From: Anthoceros angustus
Lineage: Eukaryota; Plantae; Anthocerotophyta
Reading direction: 5' to 3'
Assembly: GCA_010909165.1 (NCBI GenBank)
Contig: MU008207.1
Location: 186,001-250,000, forward strand
Length of the DNA: 64,000 nucleotides
Shown: piece after piece, positions 42,785 to 56,395 of the stretch
Layout of the letters: every line of letters starts with the position of its first letter
Numbering within the stretch: the first letter of the stretch is position 1
The notes under the pieces: model-generated
What the model was told of the DNA's origin: nothing
The model's input: the letters and a program-made list of their open reading frames with translations, nothing else
Database searches by the model: none
Program-made: the position numbers and the translations under genes

Positions 42785-45155
42785 TTGAGCTGCGCTGAAG
42801 CCGGGTCCATCGTATGTCTTCTATTGAGGGCGGCCGTTCGATCAGCCATTGGAGTTGGCATTGTCGTTGGAGTACAACATCTAGGAGGCTCATCTGATCA
42901 GTGTGCGCGAGCGAGCGATGGCTGGCTGTGTGTGCTATGCCTGGAAGAGTCTCTTGCGCTGGTGGGACTCCAAAGAAGTGACCACCTATTGTTGGGCAAG
43001 CGCACAACCAAGTCGGGTGCGGTCGAAGTGGATGTTTCCTGTCTGGAGATGGCTCTTCCAGCGAGGGTGGTGGTGCTCGCTGCCAGGAGGAGCAGTGGGC
43101 ACAGGCAACTCCAAGGAGTCCTCACACCCATTGAACAACTTGGGTGCATTCTCTGCCATGCCCGGCCTGCAGGTTACCACCATGGGCGAGTAACGCCTGA
43201 AACTGTGAGCAAGCTATGTCATGACGGCCATCTCGCTCAGGCTGTGGAGGCTTTGGAACTGGTGGTGCTAACACACCCTTGCATTTCCAAATCCCTCTTC
43301 TGCACTATCCTGAAGAGATGTGCGGTCAGCAAGGATCTTGTGCTGGGTAGCCGCGTCCATGCTCTTACAGTGAAACAGGGGTACCGGTCAGACACGTTCC
43401 TGGGCAACCACGTCCTGCGGATGTATGCTTCTCATGGCAAGTTGCAGCACATGATGCATGTATTTGAAGGCCTGGCCGAACCGGATGCCTTCACCTGGTC
43501 TGCCGTCATTTCTGCCCATGTTAGGCATCGACGAGACGAGCAGGCCATTCAACTGTATCAGCGAATGCGGACCACGTCCCGTGTGAAGCCGATGGGCATG
43601 TAATTGTGGCAGCCCTTCAGGCTTGTGCAAGGGCCTCGGACTTGGAAACTGGGCAGCAGGTGCATGCCGACGTGTTGGCCAGCGGCGTGGAGCCTGATCT
43701 GTTTGTTTCAAGTTGCTTGGTTGCCATGTATGCCAAGTGTGGCAGCTTGGAGGATGCTCAGGCCGTGTTTGATGCTCTTGGTGAAAAGAACGTGGTGACA
43801 TGGACTGCCATGATAGCAGGATATGCCCAGCAGGGCAGGGGCCACCAAGCCCTTCACCTCTACACTGCAATGGAAGAAGGAGGCATGGCCGTACCCGATT
43901 CCATCACCTTTGTGTGCCTCCTGCAGGCATGTGCAAGTGTGGGAACCCCAGCTTTGGACAGAGGGATGCACCTGCATGCTCAAATCAGGGGAGGAGGACA
44001 TGAGGGTGATGTGTCTGTAGCCAACAGTTTGGTGAACATGTATGCAAAGTGTGGCAGCTTGCAGGATGCTCAGACAGTGTTTAATGGACTTGGTCACAAA
44101 GATGTTGTGACGTGGACTGCAATGATAGCAGGGTACTCCCAGCACAGCATGGGGCAGGAGGCACTTGCTCTCTACAGTGCCATGCAAGATGAAGGCCTGG
44201 CTGTACCCAATTCTGTGACGTTTGTGCCTGCAGGCATGTGCAAGTGGGCAGCCCAGCTTTGGAAAGCACCTTCATGCAAATCAAAGCAGGTGGACATGAA
44301 GCTGATGTGTTTGTTGCCAACAGTTTGGTGAACATGTATGCAAAATGTGGCAGCCTGGAAGATGCTCAGGTAGCTTTTGACAGAATTGGTCAAAAAACGG
44401 TTGTGACGTGGACTGCCATTATAGCAGGATATTCCCAGCAGGGTAGGGGTGAGGAAGCCCTTCGTGTGTACAGTTGTATGGAAGAAGGAGGCATCGTGGT
44501 ACCCGATTCCGTGACGTTTGTGTGCCTGCTCCAGGCATGTGCAAGTGTGGGCACCCCAGCTTTAGACAAGGGGAAGCAGCTTCATGCGCTGATTAGGGAG
44601 CGAGGATATGAAGCTGATGTGTTTGTAGCCAACAGTTTGGTGAATATGTATGCAAAGTGTGGCAGCTTGGGAGACGCACAGACTGTGTTTGACGGACTTG
44701 GTCACAGAGATGTGGTGACGTGGACTGCCCTGATAGCAGGGTATTCCCAGCAGGGCATGTGGCAGGAAGCCCTTCGTTTTTACAGTGCTATGAGAAGAAG
44801 GTTTTGCTATACCTGATTCTGTGACATTTGTGTGCCTCCTTCAGGCATGTGCAAGTGTGGGCACCCCAGCTTTGGAGAAGGGCAAGGATCTTCACGCACA
44901 GATTACAGAGGGAGGGCATGAAGCTGTTGCATCTGTAGCTAGCATGGTAGTGAACATGTATGCAAAGTGCGGAAGCTTGGAAGATGCTCAGAGAGTGTTT
45001 GATGGACTTGGTGAAAAAGATGTGGTGGCATGGAATGCCATGCTAGCTGGGTATTCCCAGCAGCGGATGGGGCAGGAAGCTCTTCGCCTGTACAGTGCTA
45101 TGCAAGAGGAAGGCATGGTTGTACCCAATTCCTTAACATTTGTGTGCCTCCTCAA
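42785..45155 (+). pseudogene. Longer partial copy of WW-family PPR gene 'B' (N-terminus plus PLS array, frameshifted)
   Basis: ORFs 42785-43603, 43606-44331, 44238-44816 and 44821-45198 tile one PLS array; 44030-45155 is nearly identical to 57620-58765. Confidence 0.8.
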
Positions 45156-45810
45156 ACAGCTCTCCTCTAGCATGCTCAAATCAGGGAGGAGGACATGAGG
45201 GTGATGTGTCTGTAGCCAACAGTTTGGTGAACATGTATGCAAAGTGTGGCAGCTTGCAGGATGCTTTTCTAGGGCCAGCCTCATCTCCTTTTATAAGGAG
45301 GCTTACATCATTTCAAAGTAAGCAAAGCCGTCGGTCCGACCAGCAGCGCGGGACAGGGACAGGTATGGGGACAGGCAGCTTGCTGCTGTGAATGTGGAGA
45401 CTATGCGCGTCATTTTGGTTTTGTTTTTGATCCTGACCCTCCCAGGCCAGCAAGAGGTTACGATAGTGGCATAACAGCTGAAACCGTGAGGAAGCTATGT
45501 GATGAGGGTCATCTAACTCAAGCTGTTGAAGCTTTGGAAAGAAATTTTTGGCGAACACCAGCTCTAGGGCGACTTCGTAAAGGGAGCTCAGCAACACTAC
45601 TTTGCGCAGCGCCCAGCAAATGTGAGCTTATCAAACATCAGCTGAAATTTTCTTTGGCTTTCAACGCCGGGCAAATGTGAGCGTATCAAACATCAGCTGA
45701 AGTTTTCTTTGGCTTTCAACGCCGAGCAAATGTGAGCTAATCACATATCAGTTTAAATTTTCTTCTACTGCAAAACGGAGATCACTCTCTCAAGAGTCCG
45801 ATAGTAGAAG

Positions 45811-45882
45811 GGGGCATTGCGAGAATCGAACTCACGACCTCTCGCACCCGAAGCGAGAATCATACCACTAGACCAAATGCCC
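45811..45882 (-). tRNA. tRNA-Pro(CGG), second identical copy inside a duplicated block
   Basis: Same 72-nt sequence. Flanks 45535-46020 duplicate 34650-35140, so it may be an assembly duplicate. Confidence 0.85.
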
Positions 45883-46858
45883 TGACGTAAATTGGAAGAG
45901 ATAGTTAAAAATTTAATATAGAAAGTTTAGTTTTAATTAAATTTCCAGTCGATTCTGTCCACTTGGACGGACCAAGTCTCAGGTGCTGCAGTGTAAGGAG
46001 CCCAGAATTCCACTTCCGAGAAAAGTGTTGTGACCTGGACTGCCATGATAGCAGGATATGCCCAGCAGGGCATGGGTCAGGAAGCCCTTCACCTCCACAG
46101 TGCTATGCAAGAAGAAGGCATGGTTGTACCCAACTCCGTCACATTTGTGTGTCTCCTGCAGGCATGTGCAAGTGTGGGCGGAATTTCCAGATCAATCTGT
46201 GGGGGTGGGAAGGAGGGGCAGTCCATGTCAACAATCCTCACCAACATCAAACACCTTTCAAGCCTCATTCACGCCTCCACACTTGGCTCACATGTTCAGC
46301 AGGCGATTCATGCCAAAAAATTTCCGCCTTTTCCGCACTGGCCTAATAATTTCGGTCATCCTCCTTTGCCATGACCGTATGTCTGCGCAGACGCACATGC
46401 CTTGAGGACTGCACGCAGACATGAAGAAGAAGAATTTTATTGAAGTCCACTAAGGACGGATTTCCGTCATGGGACTTGGTACATATAACAACTTGTACCA
46501 TGGTTACTTGGCTTGACACCCCAGGCTCCCAACAAAGCCACAACGAAAAATGAAGCCGGCGGCTGTCCCAAAACTTGCATGGTCTTTTCCCAAGCTGGAA
46601 TTATGATAGGTGGGTTTAGGCGGTTTCGTATGCTTCCGGTAGTCATTTCCATGCCCTTTAACAGATGGGCTGTGCACATCAACGAAGAGTCGCACACCAG
46701 AAGTCTTCTGACATGCATGTATTTGGCAACCATGTTGGACTTTGTCTTGATGTCGTTGCCATGGGTAATAGAACACCGTATACACCGTGATGCCAAGTAC
46801 CTCGGCATCCTGCCATTGCTTGCTTTACGCCCCATCTTCCGACAGCGGTCCCTGTACG

Positions 46859-47272
46859 ATGGCCACAGTCTGGAAACCAGACCCGTTTTGGACCCAACAA
46901 ATTGGTGGAGCTCCCGATCACCTCGTAGTCTTCGGAGTCATCCAGCGATGGTCGTCGCCAGGAGCAGGACCACTTGTGGCAACAATTTTTCTGGCCCCTA
47001 CTATGTGGTGGGACAACAGACGAGATAAGAAGAGCTCCCGTTCGCCTGACTTCCGGCGTAAGGGGTCCGGCGAGGTCCTGTGGTTAAACAGCATGCTCAA
47101 GCCAGCTTGGGTTGATGAGCAGCTCGTTTCTTTGGATATGCAGATGGGTCATGGTGCCTCTCCTTCCAAGTCCAGCTCTCCTGATAAGCCTGAGCCTAGC
47201 AGGCCTGCAGGATTGGAGATGAGCGTCGTAACGGCTGTAACCGTGAGCACATTATGCCAGCAGGGGAAGCTT
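46859..47272 (+). pseudogene. Second copy of the 5' end of the GRS gene with PDF motif (46974-47137)
   Basis: WWDNRRDKKSSRSPDFRRKGSGEVLWLNSMLKPAWVDEQLVSLD. The VLWLN junction is intact here but there are frameshifts upstream. Confidence 0.8.
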
Positions 47273-47599
47273 GCTGCTGTGAATGTGGAGACTATGCGCG
47301 TCATTTTGGTTTTGTTTTGATCCTGACCCTCCAGGCCAGCAAGAGGTTACGATAGTGGCATAACAGCTGAAACCGTGAGGAAGCTATGTGATGAGGGTCA
47401 TCTAACTCAAGCTGTTGAAGCTTTGGAAAGTCTGTCAAGACAGCTCATCGCATTCAAAGTCTCTCCTTCACACTGTCCTGAAGAAGTGTGTGGCAAAGAA
47501 GGATCTGGTTGTGGGGCGACAGGTTCATGACCTCGTGGTCAAACTTGGGTACGAGTCGGATGCATACTTGGAAACCATATCTTGCGCATGTATGCATGT

Positions 47600-48180
47600 G
47601 GAGGTTGGACGCCAAGCTTTCAATGAAGCAGTGAGGCTAGACAGGAATGATGCTGCAGCATATGTGATGATGTGGAACATCTACACCAGTGCCCAGATGT
47701 GGGAGCAAGCACACGAGATACAAGTGAGCAGGAAAGGGATCAAGGCATGGAAGCAACCAGGCCAGAGCTGGTGGACAGACGAGGATGGGCTGGTGCATAG
47801 TTTTTTGGTTGGGGATGAGAAGCATCCCCAACCCCATCTCCATCCACAGACGGAAGAGAAAGGAAGGATGCATCCAACTGCTAGACTGGTCACAACAGGA
47901 CACATGGCTGCCAATGACAGCAAAGTGGATCATATCAGCAAGGAGAGCACTACTCAGCCAGGGCATATGCCCCCATTATCAATCGCGAAGAACATGTCAA
48001 GGGAAACAAACTTGTCATCAGCTACATGTCACATGTATGTACGAGGCTGGAAAGCGATGGCTAGGCACTTTGGACGACTCCACAGTAATGTTCCCACTTC
48101 TTGCTTTGCCCACATACATCCTGTCTTGACATCCTGCTCCCGTTCGGCCAGGATGAATGTTGCTGGGTTAAGGGTATTGT
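47600..48180 (+). pseudogene. E2/WW-box tail with eroded DYW remnant (probable C-terminus of gene 'B'); further copies at ~49000-49400 and ~60690-61200
   Basis: AWKQPGQSWWTDEDGLVHSFLVGDEKHPQ followed by STTQPGHMPPLSIAKNMS...SSAT...YVRGWKAMARHF. Confidence 0.7.
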
Positions 48181-49715
48181 AGGAGGAGCTTCTCATCGCG
48201 TGGCGCACAAGTCAGGAGGAGGTGCAGCAGCTTTGCAAGAAGAAAGCCCGTCCGTTAGAGCGTCTTCTGGTGAGGGTTATCGCCATGAGAAGATGCTATC
48301 TAGGCAACCTACACTTTGTGGGATATCACCAGGCAAAGCCGTCGGTCCGACCAGCGCGGGACAGGGACAGGTATGGGGACAGGCAGCTTGCTGCTGTGAA
48401 TGTGGAGACTATGCGTCATTTTGGTTTTGTTTTTGATCCTGACCCTCCAGGCCAGCAAGAGGTTACGATAGTGGCATAACAGCTGAAACCGTGAGGAAGC
48501 TATGTGATGAGGGTCATCTAACTCAAGCTGTTGAAGCTTTGGAAAGTCTGTCAAGACAGCTCATCGCATTCAAAGTCTCCTTCACACTGTCCTGAAGAAG
48601 TGTGTGGCAAAGAAGGATGTTGCTCTGGGCAGGCGCGTCCATGTTTTCACCCTGAAAACGGGGTACCAGTCAGATACTTTCCTGGGTTTCTGCATCCTGC
48701 AGATGTATGCCTCACTTGGTAGGTTGCAAGACGCTATGGATGTGTTCACCAGGGTGGGAAACCAAATGCCTTCATGTGGTTTTCCATTATCTCTGCACAT
48801 GCCAAGCATGGGAAACTCAATGAAGCCATACAATTGTATCATCGGATGAGAAGGTCTGGTGTGAAGCCAGATGGCCATGTCTTTGTGGCAGCTCTCCAGG
48901 CTTGTGCATTTGCCGCCGACTTGGAATCTGGCAGAAAAGTGCACTGTGATGTGTTGCAAAGTCATTCCTCCCAACTTGTTTGTTGGAAACTGCCTGGTGG
49001 ACAGACGAGGATGGGCTGGTGCATAGTTTTTGGTTGGGGATGAGAAGCATCCCCAACCCCATCTCCATCCACAGACGGAAGAGAAAGGAAGGATGCATCC
49101 AACTGCTAGACTGGTCACAACAGGACACATGGCTGCCAATGACAGCAAAGTGGATCATATCAGCAAGGAGAGCACTACTCAGCCAGGGCATATGCCCCCA
49201 TTATCAATCGCGAAGAACATGTCAAGGGAAACAAACTTGTCATCAGCTACATGTCACATGTATGTACGAGGCTGGAAAGCGATGGCTAGGCACTTTGGAC
49301 GACTCCACAGTAATGTTCCCACTTCTTGCTTTGCCCACATACATCCTGTCTTGACATCCTGCTCCCGTTCGGCCAGGATGAATGTTGCTGGGTTAAGGGT
49401 ATTGTAGGAGGAGCTTCTCATCGCGTGGCGCACAAGTCAGGAGGAGGTGCAGCAGCTTTGCAAGAAGAAAGCCCGTCCGTTAGAGCGTCTTCTGGTGAGG
49501 GTTATCGCCATGAGAAGATGCTATCTAGGCAACCTACACTTTGTGGGATATCACCAGGCAAAGCCGTCGGTCCGACCAGCGCGGGACAGGGACAGGTATG
49601 GGGACAGGCAGCTTGCTGCTGTGAATGTGGAGACTATGCGTCATTTTGGTTTTGTTTTTGATCCTGACCCTCCAGGCCAGCAAGAGGTTACGATAGTGGC
49701 ATAACAGCTGAAACC

Positions 49716-52700
49716 GTGAGGAAGCTATGTGATGAGGGTCATCTAACTCAAGCTGTTGAAGCTTTGGAAAGTCTGTCGAAGACAGCTCATCGCATTTCAA
49801 AGTCTCTCCTTCACACTGTCCTGAAGAAGTGTGTGGCAAAGAAGGATGTTGCTCTGGGCAGGCGCGTCCATGTTTTCACCCTGAAAACGGGGTACCAGTC
49901 AGATACTTTCCTGGGTTTCTGCATCCTGCAGATGTATGCCTCACTTGGTAGGTTGCAAGACGCTATGGATGTGTTCGAAGCCGCTGTTGAACCAGATGCC
50001 TACATGTGGTCAGCTATAATTTCCGCGCATGTGAGACACGGACGGGACAGCCAGGCCATACAATTGTATCATCGGATGAGAAGGTCTGGTGTGAAGCCAG
50101 ATGGCCATGTCTTTGTGGCAGCTCTCCAGGCTTGTGCCAGGGGCAGACCTAAAATCTGGTCAGCAGGTGCATGCCCATGTGCTGGCCAGCGCCATACCAA
50201 TGCTGCTGAGAGTCCTGATTTGTTTGTCTACAACAGTTTGGTGGACATGTATGCCAAGTGTGGAAGTTTGGAAGACGCTCAGACAGTGTTTGATGCACTG
50301 AGTGAGAAAAGTGTTGTGACCTGGACTGCCATGATAGCAGGATATGCCCAGCAGGGCATGGGTCAGGAAGCCCTTCACCTCCACAGTGCTATGCAAGAAG
50401 AAGGCATGGTTGTACCCAACTCCGTCACATTTGTGTGTCTCCTGCAGGCATGTGCAAGTGTGGGCAGGTCAGCTGGAGAAGGGAAGCAGCTTCATGCAGA
50501 TTAGAGAAGGGGCACGAAGCTGATGTGTTTTGGCTAGCAGTTTGGTGAACATGTATGCCAAGTGTGGCAGCTTGGAAGACGCTCAGCAAGTGTTTGACAG
50601 AGTCGCTAAAAAGATGTGGTGATGTGGACTGCCATGATAGCAGGGTACTCCCAACAGGGGATGGGGCAGGAAGCGCTGTCTCTACAGTGCTATGCAAGAA
50701 GAAGGCATGGCTGTACCCAATCCCGTGACATTTGTGTGCCTCCTCCAGGCATGTGCAAATGTGGGAGCTTTGGATCTGGGAAGGCAGCTTCATGCACAGA
50801 TGCTAGAACAAAACCTCAAGGGGATGTGTTCACCAGGGTGGGAAACCAAATGCCTTCATGTGGTTTTCCATTATCTCTGCACATGCCAAGCATGGGAAAC
50901 TCAATGAAGCCATACAATTGTATCATCGGATGAGAAGGTCTGGTGTGAAGCCAGATGGCCATGTCTTTGTGGCAGCTCTCCAGGCTTGTGCCAGGGGCAG
51001 ACCTAAAATCTGGTCAGCAGGTGCATGCCCATGTGCTGGCCAGCGCCATACCAATGCTGCTGAGAGTCCTGATTTGTTTGTCTACAACAGTTTGGTGGAC
51101 ATGTATGCCAAGTGTGGAAGTTTGGAAGACGCTCAGACAGTGTTTGATGCACTGAGTGAGAAAAGTGCACTGTGATGTGTTGAAGCCGCTGTTGAACCAG
51201 ATGCCTACATGTGGTCAGCTATAATTTCCGCGCATGTGAGACACGGACGGGACAGCCAGGCCATACAATTGTATCATCGGATGAGAAGGTCTGGTGTGAA
51301 GCCAGATGGCCATGTCTTTGTGGCAGCTCTCCAGGCTTGTGCCAGGGGCAGACCTAAAATCTGGTCAGCAGGTGCATGCCCATGTGCTGGCCAGCGCCAG
51401 CAATGCTGCTGAGAGTCCTGATTTGTTTGTCTACAACAGTTTGGTGGACATGTATGCCAAGTGTGGAAGTTTGGAAGACGCTCAGACAGTGTTTGATGCA
51501 CTGAGTGAGAAAAGTGTTGTGACCTGGACTGCCATGATAGCAGGATATGCCCAGCAGGGCATGGGTCAGGAAGCCCTTCACCTCCACAGTGCTATGCAAG
51601 AAGAAGGCATGGTTGTACCCAACTCCGTCACATTTGTGTGTCTCCTGCAGGCATGTGCAAGTGTGGGCAGGTCAGCGCTGGAGAAGGGGAAGCAGCTTCA
51701 TGCGCAGATTAGAGAAGGGGGGCACGAAGCTGATGTGTTTTTGGCTAGCAGTTTGGTGAACATGTATGCCAAGTGTGGCAGCTTGGAAGACGCTCAGCAA
51801 GTGTTTGACAGAGTCGCTAAAAAAGATGTGGTGATGTGGACTGCCATGATAGCAGGGTACTCCCAACAGGGGATGGGGCAGGAAGCGCTTCGTCTCTACA
51901 GTGCTATGCAAGAAGAAGGCATGGCTGTACCCAATCCCGTGACATTTGTGTGCCTCCTCCAGGCATGTGCAAATGTGGGAGCTTTGGATCTGGGAAGGCA
52001 GCTTCATGCACAGATGCTAGAACAAAACCTCAAGGGGATGTGTTCGTAGGTGGCAGCTTGATTAACATGTATGGGAAGTGTGGGAGCATGGTTGATGCAC
52101 AGCAGGTGTTTGATGGTTTGCCCTCGCCTGAAAGAAACATCATCACCTGAATGCACTAATTGCAGGCTATGCCTGTCAAGGGAGAGTGAGGTAGTGTTCG
52201 ACTTGGTCCACAGAATGAGACAGGATGGCATACACCCAAACGGCATTACATTCCTTAGTGTTCTGACGGTATGCAGCCATGCGGGACTGGTGACGGAGGG
52301 GTGGCAATACTTTGAGGCAATGAGCAGGGACTACCACGGCATCACCCCTACCCAAACCCACTATACATGCATGGTGGATCTCCTAGGCCGAGCAGGACAA
52401 CTTGATGAGGCACTAACTTTGGCAAGATCAATGCCTATGGCGCCTAATGCTGCAGTTTGGCACACCCTTTGGGTGCTTGTCGAAAGGGACTGCTGGTACC
52501 ATACTGTTGGCACCTGCCTGGGACATGTATGCAAATGTGGCTGGGCACTGCACGCCAGGTTTTGACAGCTTGGCCACAAAGGATGTGGTGACATGGACGA
52601 CCCTGATATCTGGGTATGGTGCTTGTCGAAAGTGGTGCAACGTAGAGGTGGGACGCCACGCTTTTAATGAGGCCCTGAAGCTAGAGGTAGCAGACTCTGC

Positions 52701-52864
52701 AGCGTATGCTGATGTCCAACATATACACGGGTGCTCATATGTGGGAGCAGGCTCAGGAAATGCAGACAACGAGGAAAAGAATGAGGGTATGGAAGCAGCC
52801 AGGTCAGAGCTGGTGGACAGACGAGGACGGACTGGTGCACAGTTTTTGGTTGGGGATGAGCCGT
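49716..52864 (+). pseudogene. Frameshifted, internally repeated copies of WW-family PPR gene 'C'
   Basis: Segments nearly identical to 61540-63361, with short deletions and template switches. Confidence 0.8.
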
Positions 52865-53004
52865 GAAGCGTGAAGCGTGAAGCGTGAAGCGTGAAGCGTG
52901 AAGCTGGTTACTGGCAGGAAACACTAGAGACTGGATGCTGATGGCTCGTCTGACGTGCTAGGAGGCGCTACGACGAGGCTCATTCTCGGCTGTCATTCTT
53001 TGTA

Positions 53005-54054
53005 ACGGGATGCCTACTGCTGAGCACTACAATTGCATGATTGATCTTCTTGGGCGTGCAGGCCATTTAGATGAGGCTGAGAACATGCTTTTGTCATGTG
53101 AGGGCCAGAGTAATGTTGTGGGATTGACGTCTTTGCTGAATTCCTGCAAAAGTCACGGGGATATTGAGAGAGCGAGACGTTGTTTTGAGAGTCTGGTTAG
53201 TCTGGAGCCTCAGAGTGCATCCGCGTATGTGCTCATGGCCAATGCCTATGGCGCCTAATGCTGCAGTTTGGCACACCGCTGGTGGTAACAAAGAATCTGC
53301 GCATGTGCAAATGTGGGAGCTTTGGATCTGGGAAGGCAGCTTCATGCACAGATGCTAGAACAAAACCTCAAGGGGATGTGTTAGGTGGCAGCTTGATTAA
53401 CATGTATGGGAAGTGTGGGAGCATGGTTGATGCACAGCAGGTGTTTGATGGTTTGCCCTCGCCTGAAAGAAACATCATCACCTGAATGCACTAATTGCAG
53501 GCTATGCCTGTCAAGGGAGAGTGAGGTAGTGTTCGACTTGGTCCACAGAATGAGACAGGATGGCATACACCCAAACGGCATTACATTCCTTAGTGTTCTG
53601 ACGGTATGCAGCCATGCGGGACTGGTGACGGAGGGGTGGCAATACTTTGAGGCAATGAGCAGGGACTACCACGGCATCACCCCTACCCAAACCCACTATA
53701 CATGCATGGTGGATCTCCTAGGCCGAGCAGGACAACTTGATGAGGCACTAACTTTGGCAAGATCAATGCCTATGGCGCCTAATGCTGCAGTTTGGCACAC
53801 CCTTTGGGTGCTTGTCGAAAGTGGTGCAACGTAGAGGTGGGACGCCACGCTTTTAATGAGGCCCTGAAGCTAGAGGTAGCAGACTCTGCAGCGTATGCTG
53901 ATGTCCAACATATACACGGGTGCTCATATGTGGGAGCAGGCTCAGGAAATGCAGACAACGAGGAAAAGAATGAGGGTATGGAAGCAGCCAGGTCAGAGCT
54001 GGTGGACAGACGAGGACGGACTGGTGCACAGTTTTTGGTTGGGGATGAGCCGTG
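53005..54054 (+). pseudogene. Chimera: KP-type S2/E1 fragment (53005-53250) joined to the 3' half of gene 'C'
   Basis: PTAEHYNCMIDLLGRAGHLDEAENMLLSCEGQSN (matches ~38430-38670) switches at GCCTATG/ATGCCTACT microhomologies into gene-C sequence. Confidence 0.7.
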
Positions 54055-54744
54055 AAGCGTGAAGCGTGAAGCGTGAAGCGTGAAGCGTGAAGCTGGTTAC
54101 TGGCAGGAAACACTAGAGACTGGATGCTGATGGCTCGTCTGACGTGCTAGGAGGCGCTACGACGAGGCTCATTCTCGGCTGTCATTCTTTGTAACGGGAT
54201 GCCTACTGCTATGGTATGTGCGAGATAAAGTTTGCTCAAGGAGCAGAAGAGCCGAGCGCGATAATTGTGCCAAGATTCCCAGCCCAATGCCGGAGCCTTC
54301 AGAAAACTATGGTGTGTGGTCGCGGGTTCCAAAGTTTTCAGCCAGCACATGGATGGATAGAGGAGAAGCTGATGGTAATTGTCATGGAGTTGGATGTGAG
54401 ATGGTTAATGGTGACTAGGCAAAATGGTTCATGTCCAACCCCATCAGCTGGACGCTTCACTACTGAAGCATTTGAGGTTCTTTAGGAGTTAGTTAAGCAT
54501 AGGAGAGTCTTTGGTTGCTAAGGCTCTCGATTCTCTTCGCTGATACCCTTTACGTACATCAGCAACCGACGCTCATCTGGTTATCCTGGTTTGCCTTGAG
54601 CGAGGCCTCAAGGATGAGAAACCTATTCATCCCTTTCGGGAGAGAACTTATGTTCGGGACATTATTCATTGGATTCCGATTAGAAATCATCATACTAGGT
54701 TAGAGTTAATAATCAATGTTACAAGATCAGTGCCAGTGTTTTTC

Positions 54745-55205
54745 TCACGGTCTTCCTTTACAGGTGCAACAACCATTTGAGAATCGATGCACCCGGTACC
54801 CATCCCTCACAACAATGTCTCGTCGTTCAAGTCTTGACATGATCTCCGTGGAACAGTGGCAGTCACTGCACATGCGTAGGTTCTTCGTTACCACCAGAGG
54901 TGTCCCACTGGAGTGTTCAAGAGACCAAACGCCAGAGCTAGCTTCTCAGCATGCCCACAAAGCACATCTTCCTTTTCCTTCTCACAGGCTTCAACACCAA
55001 CTTTGTGAGGTACGTGGCCTCCTTCCTGCTTCAGACGTGCATTCGTGCTCTACCTTAAGCGCAATATCCTCTCTTCTTTCTCCCACCAGAAATCTATGTA
55101 CCTGCTTATTCACCTCAATGGTCGCCACTGCAGGTTTCTTGTTAGCTCCTGCTACCATTCTCTGTGTTTCAATCCTGTCTACATCGGTCCACCTACCTGC
55201 ATCTG
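54745..55205 (-). pseudogene. DYW:KP domain ending CCTCKGRP (3' end of a third PDF/KP gene, minus strand), with small deletions
   Basis: Minus strand reads NKKPAVATIEV, LCGHAEKLALAFG, KNLRMCSDCH, VRDGYRVHRFSNGCCTCKGRP*. Confidence 0.85.
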
Positions 55206-56395
55206 CATGTACGGATCTGTTTCTATATTGAAAGCAGCAGTAAATCCCTGCACAAGCTTCTGCTGCTTGAGCTGCGCTGAAGCCGGGTCCATCGTATGTC
55301 TTCTATTGAGGGCGGCCGTTCGATCAGCCATTGAGTTGGCATTGTCGTTGAGTACAACATCTAGGAGCTCATCTGATCAGTGTGCGCGAGCGAGCGATGG
55401 CTGGCTGTGTGTGCTATGCCTGGAAGAGTCTCTTGCGCTGGTGGGACTCCAAAGTGACCACCTATTGTTGGGCAAGCGCACAACCAAGTCAGGTGCGGTC
55501 GAAGTGGATGTTTCCTGTCTGGAGATGGCTCTTCCAGCGAGGGTGGTGGTGCTCGCTGCCAGGAGGAGCAGTGGGCACAGGCAACTCAAGGAGTCCTCAC
55601 ACCCATTGAACAACTTGGGTGCATTCTCTGCCATGCCCGGCCTGCAGGTTACCACCATGGGCGAGTAACGCCTGAAACTGTGAGCAAGCTATGTCATGAC
55701 GGCCATCTCGCTCAGGCTGGAGGCTTTGGAACTGGTGGTGCTAACACACCTTGCATTTCAAATCCCTCTTCTGCACTATCCTGAAGAGATGTGCGGTCAG
55801 CAAGGATCTTGTGCTGGGTAGCCGCGTCCATGCTCTTACAGTGAAACAGGGTACCAGTCAGACACGTTCCTGGGCAACCACGTCCTGCGGATGTATGCTT
55901 CTCATGGCAAGTTGCAGCACATGATGCATGTATTTGAAGGCCTGGCCGAACCGGATGCCTTCACCTGGTCTGCCGTCATTTCTGCCCCATGTTAGGCATC
56001 GACGAGACGAGCAGGCCATTCAACTGTATCAGCGAATGCGGACCACGTCCCGTGTGAAGCCCGATGGGCATGTAATTGTGGCAGCCCTTCAGGCTTGTTA
56101 GGGCCTCGGACTTGGAACTGGGCAGCAGGTGCATGCCGACGTGTTGGCCAGCGGCGTGAGCCTGATCTGTTTGTTTCAAGTTGCTTGGTTGCCATGTATG
56201 CCAAGTGTGGCAGCTTGGAGGATGCTCAGGCCGTGTTTGATGCTCTTGGTGAAAAGAACGTGGTGACATGGACTGCCATGATAGCAGGATATGCCCAGCA
56301 GGGCAGGGGCCACCAAGCCCTTCACCTCTACACTGCAATGGAAGAAGGAGGCATGGCCGTACCGATTCCATCACCTTTGTGTGCCTCCTGCAGGC
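55200..56395 (+). pseudogene. Another partial copy of gene 'B' 5' region
   Basis: Nearly identical to 42760-43930 with additional deletions. Confidence 0.75.
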